A stretch of DNA of 64,000 nucleotides from Macrostomum lignano (taxonomy: Eukaryota). The notes under the pieces are model-generated. The model did no database searches. It had not been told where the DNA came from and was given only the letters and a program-made list of their open reading frames with translations. The stretch is from the NCBI GenBank assembly GCA_002269645.1, contig NIVC01002608.1, positions 93,082-157,081 on the forward strand. The letters run 5' to 3'. Below are positions 14,901 through 27,041 of this stretch, one piece after another; position 1 is the stretch's first letter; each line of letters starts with the position of its first letter. The translations under genes and the position numbers were made by a program.

Positions 14901-17900
14901 AGGCCCATCATTCCCCACACCTCACAAACCCATCATTCCCCACACCTCACAGGCCCATCATTCCCCACACCTCAGGGCCCATCATTCCCCACACCTCACA
15001 AACCCATCATTTCCCACACCTCACAAACCCATCATTCCCCACACCTCACAGGCCCATCATTCCCCACACCTCAGAGGCCCATCATTCCCCACACCTCAGA
15101 GGCCCATCATTCCCCACACCTCAGAGAACCATCATTCCCCACACCTCAGAAGATCATCATTCCCCACACCTCAGAGACCCATCATTCCCCACACCTCAGA
15201 AGATCATCATTCCCCACACCTCAGAGAAGCATCATTCCCCACACCTCACTGGCCCATCATTCCCCACACTTCACAGGCCCATCATTCCCCACACCTCACA
15301 GGCCCATCATTCCCCACACCTCAGAGACCTATCATTCCCCACACCTCAGAAGATCATCATTCCCCACACCACAGAGAAGCATCATTCCCCACACCTCAGA
15401 GGCCATCATTCCCCACACCTCACAAAGCCATCATTTCCCACACCTCAGAGAAGCATAATTCCCCACACCTCACTGGCCCATCATTCCCCACACCTCAGAG
15501 GCCCATCATTCCCCACACCTCAGAGGCCCATCATTCCCCGCAACTCGAACCTACACCCTAGCTAGCATGAACCGCACCCCACACCACGCTACCCCAGCGA
15601 GTACGAGCGCGGCGGCACCAGCATTGGCATTCCGGACAACGGCAATGGAAGCGGCGGCAACGGTCACCTCCAGCGGCAGTCGGAATTCGGCTATCGCGAT
15701 CACGAACCCACCTCCGGTTCCTCCTCGGTTGGCAACGGCGCCAATCGCCGAACAGCTCGAATTCAGCAGCCGCGCCAACGCGTCGATTTGAGCGCCGCAG
15801 CCGCCGGCTTGAGTCGTGGCGGAGGCGCCAGCGGAGGCGGAAGCGCCGGGCGCCAGGTCATCGATCTGTCTGGCAGCGCAAGCGCCGGAGCCAACGACGA
15901 TGGCGACGAGTTCGCCGATTTTCAATCGGCCGGCGCTCAGGCGCAGCTGTCTAAGCAGCAGAAAACGGGCGAGGATCCGTGAGTGTGGGGTAGATCTGGG
16001 GGTGTCGGGTAGATCTGGGGGTGTGGGGTAGATCTGGGGGTGTGGGGTAGATCTGGGTGTGTGGGGTAGATCTGGGGGTGTCGGGTAGATCTGGGGGTGT
16101 GGGGTAGATCTGGGGGTGTGGGGTAGATCTGGGTGTGTGGGGTAGATCTGGGGGTGTAGGGTAGATCTGGGGGTGTGGGGTGGATCTGGGTGTGTGGGGT
16201 AGATCTGGGGGTGTGGGGTAGATCTGGGTGTGTGGGGTAGATCTGGGGGTGTGGGGTAGATCTGGGGGTGTGGGGTAGATCTGGGGTGTGGGGTAGATCT
16301 GGGTGTGTGGGGTAGATCTGGGGGTGTCGGGTAGATCTGGGGGTGTGGGGTAGATCTGGGTGTGTGGGGTAGATCTGGGTGTGTGGGGTAGATCTGGGTG
16401 TGTGGGGTAGATCTGGGTGTGTGGGGTAGATCTGGGTGTGTGGGGTAGATCTGGGGGTGTGGGTTGGATCCGTGAGTGTGGGGTAGATCTGGGGGTGTCG
16501 GGTAGATCTGGGGGTGTGGGTTGGATCCGTGAGTGTGGGGTAGATCTGGGGGTGTGGGGTAGATCTGGGGGTGTGGGGTAGATCTGGGGTTGTGGGGTAG
16601 ATCTGGGTGTGTGGGGTAGATCTGGGGGTGTGGGGTAGATCTGGGGGTGTGGGGTAGATCTGGGGGTGTGGGACAGATCTGGGGGTGTGGGGTAGATCCG
16701 TGAGTGTGGGGTAGATCTGGGGGTGTGGGGTAGATCTGTGAGTGTGGGGTAGATCCGTGAGTGTGGGGTAGATCCGTGAGTGTGGGGTAGATCCGTGAGT
16801 GTGGGGTAGATCCGTGAGTGTGGGGTAGATCTGGGGGTGTGGGGTAGATCTGGGGGTGTGGGGTAGATCTGGGGTTGTGGGGTAGATCTGGGTGTGTGGG
16901 GTAGATCTGGGGGTGTGGGGTAGATCTGGGGGTGTGGGGTAGATCTGGGGGTGTGGGGTAGATCTGGGGGTGTCGGGTAGATCTGGGGGTGTGGGACAGA
17001 TCTGGGGGTGTGGGGTAGATCCGTGAGTGTGGGGTAGATCTGGGGGTGTGGGGTAGATCTGTGAGTGTGGGGTAGATCCGTGAGTGTGGGGTAGATCCGT
17101 GAGTGTGGGGTAGATCCGTGAGTGTGGGGTAGATCCGTGAGTGTGGGGTAGATCCGTGAGTGTGGGGTAGATCCGTGAGTGTGGGGTAGATCCGTGAGTG
17201 TGGAGGTAGATGTGTGTGGTAGATCTAAGTGTTGGATTGTTGCGCTCATAGAGCACTATCGTCCAATAAAAGTCAGGAAATTGTAAATTTTCATTCTCAA
17301 AGCGAGCTCCTGTGGTCGGACTTTGCCTCGACTCGGTCAACAGGCCAGGGGCAGCAGGTGGACCTGCTGGTGTCCCCTACCGAATCCGAACCAATCGGTG
17401 CAGGGTAAGCGTATTGTAATATTTTCTAGGCGAATTTATCAAAAAAAGATCATAAAAAACGTTAGCTGCCGCTTATATCTGTCGTCAGTAGTGTAGAACG
17501 ATAGAAAACTTGGGCTAATAATAAATGATAAATATATTCTGCAAATTGCAGCGCAACCGATAGCGGATTTGCCGACTTCTCCAATATGACAACAACGGAC
17601 GGCGGCGCCGTTGCCAATAGCAACAGCAGCAAAAATAGCGCCGATTTGCTGACGGGCCTCGACTTTGGCAGCGGCGGTGGCGGCGGCGGCGTCCCAGTTG
17701 CCGTTCAGCAGTCGCTCGGCCCGGCGGCTGTGCCGCTGCAGCCGCAGCCAGTAGCTTCAGCTGGACGGGGTCTGATTGGGCAGCCGGCCATTGCTCAGGT
17801 GTACCAGCAGCAGCAGCAGCAGACTCTAGCTGGCCTCGGCGGGCAGCAGCAGCAGCCAGTGCAGACTTTGCTACAGATGCAGGCGTCTCAGATGAGTGCT

Positions 17901-18581
17901 GGTGAGCGATTTTAGGGAACAGCCATAAGAATCGCCCCTGAGCCAGACATAAGAATCGCCCCTGAGCCAGCCATAAGAATCGCTTCTGAGCCAGCCATAA
18001 GAATCGCTCCTGAGCCAGCCATAAGAATCGCCCCTGAGACAGCCATAAGAATCGCCCCTGAGACAGCCATAAGAATCGCCCCTGAGCCAGCCATAAGAAT
18101 CGCCCCTGAGACAGCCATAAGAATCGCCCCTGAGCCAGCCATAAGAATCGCCCCTGAGACAGCCATAAGAATCGCCCCTGAGACAGCCATAAGAATCGCC
18201 CCTGAGCCAGCCATAAGAATCGCCCCTGAGACAGCCATAAGAATCGCCTCTCATCCCCAATGTCAAAGACTCGGCTCCCGAGCACCAGCAACTCACAATT
18301 CTCTCCTGCTATTCAACGCAGGTCCCGCAGGCCCGCAGCCTTCGCCGTTCGCGGCCGCAGCTCCGGCTGGATTCGGTCAGCAGCAGCCGCGGCCGGCCGT
18401 CTATCAGGCTCAGCCAGCTGCCGCACCCCAGTTGAAGTCGCCAACATCGCCAACTTATCCGACCAGCGTCAACTGGGGCAGCGGCGGCGCCGGATCTGGC
18501 GGCATTGGCGGCGCCAGACGAGCGCCAAGTCTGCAAGCGAAAGCGGACCAAGCCTTTGCCGATCTGGTCTCGCTGAAGTGA
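5965..18581 (+). CDS. CLINT1: Clathrin interactor 1 (epsinR/enthoprotin), ENTH-domain adaptor, ~602 aa; exons 5965-6011, 9313-9514, 10629-10767, 11386-11541, 12299-12470, 15598-15978, 17303-17404, 17552-17901, 18322-18581 (last acceptor could be 18283 or 18289, same frame)
   Basis: The ENTH sequence VTNVVMNYTELEGKVREATNDEAWGP...DNKRNWRRVYK|SLLLLTYLIRHGSERVVTSAREHIYDLR...GKDEGIN|IRHKAHELVEFIQDDDKLREERK matches the epsinR type. All introns are GT-AG and phase-compatible (1809 nt total). The tail has adaptor/clathrin-type motifs EFADF, WSDF, GFADF and VDLL, and ends QAFADLVSLK*. Confidence 0.95.
7545..8250. repeat. 24-bp minisatellite (GCACTTGATAA[A/G]CCAAGGATTATT)n in CLINT1 intron 1
   Basis: Tandem copies that produce the spurious ALDKPRII ORFs. 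Confidence 0.95.
9527..10575. repeat. ~29-30-bp minisatellite (GAGAATCTGCCTCTGATC[T/C]CTCAGTCCTT[T])n in CLINT1 intron 2
   Basis: Tandem copies fill almost the whole intron, starting ~12 nt after the donor. Confidence 0.93.
11045..11380. repeat. Degenerate (CCTATCCTATACC)n repeat in CLINT1 intron 3
   Basis: Pyrimidine-rich tandem repeats run up to the acceptor cccgcag at 11385. Confidence 0.9.
11545..12060. repeat. 22-bp minisatellite (GGTTTACCTGGGCATAATACCT)n in CLINT1 intron 4
   Basis: Tandem copies start immediately after the donor at 11542. Confidence 0.95.
12575..13625. repeat. 23-bp minisatellite (GAATCTGTCTGAATTCCCCATAA)n in CLINT1 intron 5
   Basis: About 45 tandem copies. Confidence 0.95.
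14315..15540. repeat. 25-bp minisatellite (CACACCTCACAGGCCCATCATTCCC)n in CLINT1 intron 5
   Basis: Tandem copies ending ~55 nt before the acceptor at 15597. Confidence 0.95.
15972..17230. repeat. G-rich 19-bp minisatellite (TAGATC[C/T]G[TGAG/GGGG]TGTGGGG)n in CLINT1 intron 6; the unit includes the exon-6 splice donor
   Basis: About 65 tandem copies with two main variants. The first copy overlaps the exon/intron junction GATCC|GTGAGT. Confidence 0.95.
17920..18250. repeat. 24-bp minisatellite (AGCCATAAGAATCGCCCCTGAG[C/A]C)n in CLINT1 intron 8
   Basis: Tandem copies. Confidence 0.95.
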
Positions 18582-19499
18582 CGCGGCAACTACTGCTAGT
18601 AGTAAACTGTTGCTTGGTTAATCGGATTATTTCAAAAAAATGTGTTTTAATAAAATCAATAATCCGAGAGGCCCCGACATCTTTCTCTCTCTATTTTGTT
18701 GTTAATTTTTCTAGCACCACCTCGGGCTGTGAACTGCAACTTCATTGGCAGGATATTCGTGTCTGAGTCTGTTTAATTCACTCTCGCTCACACAGCTGCA
18801 TCGCCCCTGCCCCCCAGCCTCCGTATTGCCTTTAATTCTTATATTGATTTGAATCGGAATCAAAAGCTTTATACTATATGCATATATTATACCACTATTA
18901 TTACTATTGACTATCGCTGTTTCATGTGTTTTGTTGTCACCCAAATTTTGGTTTTCATAGTACAATATCTATACATATACTACTGCTCTACTTGTGCGCA
19001 AAAGTAGTATGTGTTAATCGGGCAATTAGCTGAGCAGCAATCGGACTCTTACTACGGCCTTGTAAAATTTTAGTTGAAAGCGTGTTTTTGTATCGAATTT
19101 TTCATATTTATTGATTTATTAAATAGAACTAATGTGCCATTTTATTATTTATATGCCTATCAAAAGCCCCCCCATAGCAAGCGGCTAACTCTGCAGATCT
19201 GCGTTGTCTTTTTCCTCTGCCCCGTGTGCCAGGCTTTGAATAATGACTGAATTTTCACGCTGGTTAACTAATTGCAGGAACAAGAGTTTTGCAAATAACT
19301 GTCTTGCTTTTTTGTAGCTCTTCTCTTCGTTTAAAGACAACTCTTGTTTATCTCTGCTATTCGTGTTGGTTAATTTTTGTGCCTTAGGAGAAACGTTTCC
19401 TTTAATAATTTGTTTAAATCATTGGTCAGGCTTGAATTTATGCTTTTTGTTCATGCAGGTTCTGTGGAAAAACTTCAAGACAAACTGGTTGCATACATG

Positions 19500-20715
19500 T
19501 ACCCACAGACAATTGGTGTCCAAGCCACAGACAATTGGTGTCCCAGCCACAGACAATTGGTGTCCGAGCCACAGACAATTGGTGTCCCAGCCACAGACAA
19601 TTGGTGTCCAAGCCACAGACAATTGGTGTCCCAGCCACACACAATTGGTGTCCCAGCCACAGACAATTGGTGTCCCAGCCACAGACAATTGGTGTCCAAG
19701 CCACAGACAATTGGTGTCCCAGCCACAGACAATTGGTGTCCCAGCCACAGACAATTGGTGTCCAAGCCACAGACAATTGGTGTCCCAGCCACAGACAATT
19801 GGTGTCCCAGCCACAGACAATTGGTGTCCAAGCCACAGACAATTGGTGTCCCAGCCACAGACAATTGGTGTCCCAGCCACAGACAATTGGTGTCCAAGCC
19901 ACAGACAATTGGTGTCCCAGCCACAGACAATTGGTGTCCAAGCCACAGACAATTGGTGTCCCAGCCACAGACAATTGGTGTCCAAGCCACAGACAATTGG
20001 TGTCCAAGCCACAGACAATTGGTGTCCAAGCCACAGACAATTGGTGTCCAAGCCACAGACAATTGGTGTCCAAGCCACAGACAATTGGTGTCCAAGCCAC
20101 AGACAATTGGTGTCCAAGCCACAGACAATTGGTGTCCCAGCCACAGACAATTGGTGTCCAAGCCACAGACAATTGGTGTCCAAGCCAGAGACAATTGGTG
20201 TCCAAGCCAGAGACAATTGGTGTCCAAGCCACAGACAATTGGTGTCCAAGCCACAGACAATTGGTGTCCCAGCCACAGACAATTGGTGTCCAAGCCACAG
20301 ACAATTGGTGTCCAAGCCAGAGACAATTGGTGTCCAAGCCAGAGACAATTGGTGTCCAAGCCACAGACAATTGGTGTCCAAGCCACAGACAATTGGTGTC
20401 CAAGCCACAGACAATTGGTGTCCAAGCCACAGACAATTGGTGTCCAAGCCACAGACAATTGGTGTCCAAGCCACAGACAATTGGTGTCCAAGCCACAGAC
20501 AATTGGTGTCCCAGCCACACACAATTGGTGTCCCAGCCACAGACACAATTGGTGTCCCAGCCACAGACACAATTGGTGTCCCAGCCACAGACACAATTGG
20601 TGTCCAAGTCACAGACAATTGGTGTCCAAGCCACAGACAATTAGGGTCCAAGCCACAGACACAATTGGTGTCCCAGTCACAGACACAATAGATGTCCCAG
20701 CCAAGGACACAATGG
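19500..20715. repeat. 22-bp minisatellite (CACAGACAATTGGTGTCC[A/C]AGC)n downstream of the CLINT1 stop
   Basis: About 55 copies. The 22-aa periodicity in all six ORF frames is a repeat artefact. Confidence 0.95.
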
Positions 20716-21784
20716 ATGTCCATTTAGCAATAATTTTTAACTGCTGTATTTCGTGTTTTGTCCAGCCATCGTCTTAAATTCCGAATCGGTCCCGAGGCAT
20801 TCTAAAATCACCAAATTTCAATTAATCGTCTATTTTTTTACGTTGTAACTTTCTGCAGTGCTCTGTCTGTTGTGCTCAAACCAGAGGTTTGTTTTTAATA
20901 ATCATAATCTGCCGTTTTCTCTATGCGTGAGTTTCGTTTCTGTTTTATGAAGCTGTGATTCTTGCTGCACGCCTGTTTACTGATAACCGCCATCCCATTA
21001 ATCCAGTTCTGGAGGTTACACAACTTCATATATATATATTTTTTAATCTCAACTCTGACCAGCCACCATCACTGTACTTAGGGTTTTAAGCTGTTTTACT
21101 ATGCGACACAGGACCAGTATGAATACTTTAATTTGATCCAATAGATTTTCTTTTATAACCATTGCACGCTATTCATAGTAGTGTCGCTTCAGCCAGCCGA
21201 GAGCGACTGCGACCATCTCCTATTTTTATTTGAACACCCACCCGAGCACCAAGACTTGATCTTTGTAAGCCAGCCACGCAAGCAATAAAATATTATTTAT
21301 ATTTACTATAATAATAACAAGCCCGGATTTATAAGTTAGCTTCGAAGCCAGTTAATAAAAATTGGCGACACTAAAAGTCAATTTTTTTGTCATCAATCAA
21401 TGTTACTAAGTATGCAATATTAGTGACTGTCAGATACTATACCAGTGTAATATGGGTATTAAACAGGTTCTAAATAATATTATTTAAATTCAACAACGCG
21501 ACAGTGAAATGTTTAAAAATTACAAGATAAATTAACTATCAAATTAACTAATTACGTGTAATTTACGGATTCGTTTAATAAAACCACAAGATGATGTAAT
21601 GTATGAGTAATACAGTAGCTGCCGAGAATTGAGTCACAAAAAGTTTACAAGCAACAAATTTGAGTGCAGCAGAGTCGGAGCACAGGTTCAGATTTATAGC
21701 GCGAATTTCAATGGCCTTTATTTATACGTAATATATTTATATGCACTAGCAGAATTGAATTCCTACAAGTAATTATTCTGCGAG

Positions 21785-22265
<481 letters not shown>

Positions 22266-22488
22266 CCAACCAGTATCAGCAAGACCCATGAGTGCACACG
22301 CACAAATTGGCACAAAAATGACTCCATAATTTAAAGAACCGCACTAGGTTAAAACGACTACTACAATGATTCAACCAAACAAATAAAAGAAACTGCTATT
22401 GCGACACGTAATTCAAATCAGTCGCACAATCAAAATGCACAATAGCGTGTTTATAGTGTGGGCTGGCAGATCATTTGTTCTTCTTTCA

Positions 22489-23589
22489 TCAAGTAGCCGC
22501 TGCCCCCTCCTCCGCCGGCTTTTCCACCGGAACCGCTTCCGCCTCGGCGGCGCCGGAATCATCGCCGCCAAACCTGGCCGCCCGGGCGCGCTTCTTGGCT
22601 GCCACTTCCTCGGAGTCCTCGTTGTCGACGTCCTTATCGGCGGCCGTAAGCCCCTCGGGCTCCTTCATCAGGGCCGGCGAAGTGACAACGCCAAATCGTT
22701 CGGCGCGTTTGCGCATTTTATCAACGTCTCCAGGCGCCAAACTGGCGCCGTCGGATTGGCGCGAGCCGCGCGCCCCGGCTGGTTTTGGCGATGCGTAGTC
22801 GGAGGCGTCGCCGAATCGTTGGGCGCGGGCGCGCTTTCGCGACTCGATCTCCGGGTGAGTGGTGTCGGCGCTTGACGAACTGGCCGGCGCCGCCGGATCG
22901 ACGCCGAATCGTTTGGCGCGCAATTGGCGCCGTTCATCTTCGGTAAGTTCGGCCAGGCCGGCGGCTTTCATTGGGGCGCGCAGGACACCTTCGAGAGGCT
23001 GCGGCGCGGCGGCTTCGGCTTCTTCGGACTTGCTGGCGCCCATTGAGGCTTCGGAGTCGATTTCGATGGCCGCGACATCCACTGATTGGCTGTCTGAAGG
23101 ATCAGTTGGGGTGGTTGTCGCTTTCTCTGTCTCCTTGGTTGGCTCTGATTGGCTGACCGGGTCAGTTGGGGCGGGCTTCGATATTTTCGTCTCCTTGCCC
23201 AGCTCTGATTGGCTGGCAGGGGCGGCTGGGGTTGGCGTCGCAGCATTAGTCACCTTGGCGGCCTCTAATTGGCTACCAGGCACTTTAGGCTCTGGTGGCG
23301 GCGGCGAGGGCGGCACAGAAATTTTGCTGTCCTCATCAAGTTCGCTGCGCTCTTCGCCACTAGTAGCCAGGCTAACTGAGGCGGCGGTGGCCGAATTCTC
23401 GGCCAGAGCATCCTCAGACAGGAGTAGAGACTCTTCGTCAGCCCGAGTAACCAAGTGATTGCGCAGGCGCTGAACCAGTTCCTTCTTGGATCCAGTCACT
23501 GGCAGGCAATATGACTTGCAACGCTCTTTGAGTTCTTTAAGCTTCAGGGAGCTGAGCTGCTCCACTGTGGGCACATCTGCTGACATCAT
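22489..23589 (-). CDS. SARNP: SAP-domain ribonucleoprotein (SARNP/CIP29/Tho1-like mRNA export factor), 366 aa, single coding exon
   Basis: N-terminal SAP domain (LSSLKLKELKERCKSYCLPVTGSKKELVQRL), an acidic Pro/Ala/Ser linker, and four R-x-x-R-F-G motifs (RAKRFG, RAQRFG, RAERFG, RAARFG) typical of Tho1/SARNP C-termini. Confidence 0.85.
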   Translation of the reverse strand: MMSADVPTVEQLSSLKLKELKERCKSYCLPVTGSKKELVQRLRNHLVTRADEESLLLSEDALAENSATAASVSLATSGEERSELDEDSKISVPPSPPPPEPKVPGSQLEAAKVTNAATPTPAAPASQSELGKETKISKPAPTDPVSQSEPTKETEKATTTPTDPSDSQSVDVAAIEIDSEASMGASKSEEAEAAAPQPLEGVLRAPMKAAGLAELTEDERRQLRAKRFGVDPAAPASSSSADTTHPEIESRKRARAQRFGDASDYASPKPAGARGSRQSDGASLAPGDVDKMRKRAERFGVVTSPALMKEPEGLTAADKDVDNEDSEEVAAKKRARAARFGGDDSGAAEAEAVPVEKPAEEGAAAT

Positions 23590-23848
23590 GCATTGAGAAG
23601 TGGTTTGTTATGCTTAGTGATTTATTTGAACTCTGATTTATGAGCCATGATGTAGAACTTGGACAAACTTGTAAGCTCTGTATTGTCAGTCACACAATAT
23701 ACTAAATCTCAATAATCGAACATGCCTACATTATATTCTACAATAGCACTTAATTAATATTGTTTAAAATTTAAACATGCACATTTTCCTGAAAGACCTA
23801 CATGAAAGATTTTATGGAAGTTTATGTATGTTTTAGTGTAGGCATATA

Positions 23849-25151
23849 CAAGGGGTGATAAAAAATTTTGTGCAACCTTTTGTTATAGAATCGGCAAAAG
23901 CCAAACACTTACAAATATGTGGCTATATCTGTTTGCTATATTTATATGCATTTTTGGCTTCCAAATGTGCACCAGTCAAATTTTGCAGCCATATATTTTC
24001 CATGTGTTTTCAGTAGCTGATGGAAACATCAAAAGACAGTGTTTGCTTCTATATCTTTATGTGCATGCAACTTGGTTGCAAAGTGACTGAGATTCATATT
24101 GATCTGGTGAATGTTTTAGCTGACTCTGCTCCATCATTTGATACAGTTGCCCGCTGGCTGCGCCTTTTCTTAGAAGGCTAGGACAGCTTCAACTGTGAAC
24201 CAAGGTCTGGCTGACCCTGGACATCCATGATCGAAGATGTCGTGGCCCATGCCAATGCAATATTTTGTGAGGATTGGAGCATTACGTTAAGATTCCTTGC
24301 CTATGAGCTTGGTGTCAGCTATGGAAGTGCTTATAACATTATGCATGAGCAACTGGGCTGCACAAAGACCTGCGCTCAGTGAGTACCCATCTTCTCACTC
24401 TAGAGCAGCAAACAGAGAGGGTGCATATCTGTCGCTTGTGGGTGCAAATGTTTGAGCCCCACAGCCCACAATGACTGTCGGATGTCATCACAGGAGACAA
24501 ATGTTGGATCTCCTTCTTTTACCATGAAGGATAAGCAGTCCAACATGGTCTGGCTGGCAGAAGATGAGCCCAAGGCCCAAGGTGCTGAAGACTGGATTCC
24601 TCAGTTAGAAGCGGATATTCACCATTTTTTTTACTTTCAAGGTGTTGTATCGATAAACATCCTTCCAGTGGGTGCCACAGTGACTGCCAAGTACTATACA
24701 GACACTGTTTTGCCAGGTGTGCTACAGGAGTGGCAGGAATGTGCATGAACCAAGCATGAACCTCGACTCCTGCTGTACCATGACAATGCGGCACCACACA
24801 GAGCAGCCTCAACCATAGCGTACCTAGAGCAGCAGGGGGTCTGGCTGCTGCCCCATCCACCCTACTCTCTAGACCTAGCACCATGTGACTTTTGGCTCTT
24901 CCCAAAGATCAAATCCATTATTTCTGGGAGGCCATTTTCACGCATACAAGACTTTGCCCAAGTGGTAAATTCAGCTCTATAGGGTATACTAACTTGGGAA
25001 TACCATGACTGCTTTCAAACATGGTGTATACGCATTGCGATAGTATATAGATAGTGGTAGAAAGTACTATAAGGGAATATGACATTGATTAGAACCATGG
25101 TTTCTATAACACTGAGTTATGTCACTTGCAGAACTTTTTGATCACCCCTCA
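23849..25151 (+). mobile_element. Decayed full-length mariner (DD34D-type) element, ~1.3 kb
   Basis: TIRs TA|CAAGGGGTGATAAAAAATT and CTTTTTGATCACCCCTCA|TA. Fragmented transposase motifs: ITGDKCW, LLYHDNAAPH, PHPPYSLDLAPCDFWLFPKIK. Multiple stops and frameshifts. Confidence 0.92.
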
Positions 25152-25707
25152 TATATACCACTTTGGTCTCATTCTTATACTTTTAACATTTTTGATTAAT
25201 TATCAACCATTTTCATTCTATAAACTTTATAAATTTTTTGTTATAAAGTTATAAATTTTATAACAAAAAAGCCTTAAAGTCATATAATATAAAAATTTAG
25301 ACATAATATACAGGTAATTACATAATAAAACAAATTAGCATTTTCCTTAGGCTAGGGCCTACATAGTATGTAGCTCTTAGTTACCTTTGGAATTTGCCTT
25401 TTGGACTTGATTTGTAATTACACAAGTTAAAAAAGTCATTATAGGTTTAATAGGGGCCTAAAATAACTTAGGCCTAGTCCAAACCTAGTCTATTTATAAA
25501 TTTTTAGCCCCTAGGCCTAGGCCTAGGTTTGAAATACAAGTTTTAAGAAAATCAGTTGAGCTATTTTTCTTAAACCAATCAGATATGCCAATATAGTCAT
25601 AGACAGACAAACCATTTTAGTGCAGGCCTAGTGTAGCCAGTGTAGGCCGACATAGCCAACGTAGCCGACATGGGAGTAGGCACACGACTACAACTATATA
25701 TGAGGCC

Positions 25708-27041
25708 TGAGGGTTGTTTGGAAAGTCGACAATCAAACATGCATATCCTTTTTGAGTCACTACTTTGTTTTGAAACTTTATAGGCCTACCATAGACAAAT
25801 ATCATACCCTGAATGTTTTAAATCAAGAGTGGTCTTGTTTGAGCCAGGAATTTCCTTCTTGCAGTGTTTTTAGTCACATAGGAATTCTATCACTATGCTG
25901 AATAATGAAGAAGCAAAGTGAAGTGTCATTTGGTTTTTGTGGAAACAAGGAAAGTGACAGGCAGAAATTCTTTACAAGTTGCAAGCAACATATGGCAAAT
26001 GTGCACCATAAAAAACAATGGTCAACAAGTGGGTGCAGCATTTTGAAGACAGCTAAGAGACAGTCGATGACCTTCTATGGAGTGGCCGGCCTGCCACCAC
26101 AGTCAACAGGTCAAACATCGAGCTTGTGCATCGTGCTCTAGATGTTGACTGCCGAGCTACAGTGCGAGAGTTGTCAACCATTACTGGCATCTCATCAATG
26201 GCCATTCATTCAATCCTGACGGTTGAGCTTGGTATGTCACGCATTGACCATTGTTACATGTTGGGTCCCGAAACTTCTGACTGACCAGCAGCAGCGAGAG
26301 CGGGTCCAGGTGTGTTGGCAGCTCCTCTAGTCATATCACAGTGATCCCAACTTTTTGGACCAGATTGTGACTAGGCTAGGGATGAATCCTAGTTTCATTA
26401 TAGTGAGCCAGAGTCCAAGATACAAAGCAGTGTGTGGAAGGCCAGCCATGAGCCCATACTTGTCAAGGCCCTGACTGCACCTTCAGCTGGCAAGCAAATG
26501 GCCACCATCTTCTGGGACAAGGAGGGTATTCTGCTCATCGAATGGCTTTCTCGTGGTGCCACAATAAACAGTGACTACTACATCTAAGTCTTACAGAAGT
26601 TGCGTGAAGCCATCAAGGCCTAGCGGCATGGCAAGCTGAGCCATGGCATCCTGCTTCAGCACGACAATGCCAGGCCGCACACCAGCCAGGCAACAATGGC
26701 TGCCATTTCAGACCTGGGCTTCAAGGTGCTGCCATACCCACCCTACTCACTGGACCTCGCACCCAGTGACTTCTGGCTGTTCGGAGAGATGAAAAAAACC
26801 CTCCGAGTCCGAGGTTGCCAGTATAGCTCCCTACAGACCCTGGCATCGGCCATCAGCCAGTGGGTCAGGGGGTCACCTGCCAATTTCTATGCTGCCAGCA
26901 TCGAGAAGTTGCCTGAGAGGTGGCACAAGTGCATAAGCCTCAAGGGTGCCTACGTTGAGAAGCAGGAGGAGTAGCGTTACATTTGTTCAATCCGTTAAAC
27001 TGTTAGACACGTTTGATCGCGGACTTTCCGAACAACCCTCG
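25708..27041 (+). mobile_element. Second decayed mariner element (different subfamily), ~1.33 kb
   Basis: TIRs TGAGGGTTGTTTGGAAAGTC and GACTTTCCGAACAACCCTCG|TA. Transposase remnants WVPKLLT, IFWDKEGILLIEWL, LLQHDNARPH, YPPYSLDLAPSDFWLF, interrupted by stops. Confidence 0.92.

Noticed and set aside
15965-17345. Non-canonical GC donor at 15969 joined to an acceptor at 17343
   Set aside because: A canonical GT donor (15979) and an upstream acceptor with a better pyrimidine tract (17302) restore the frame and add a WSDF motif.
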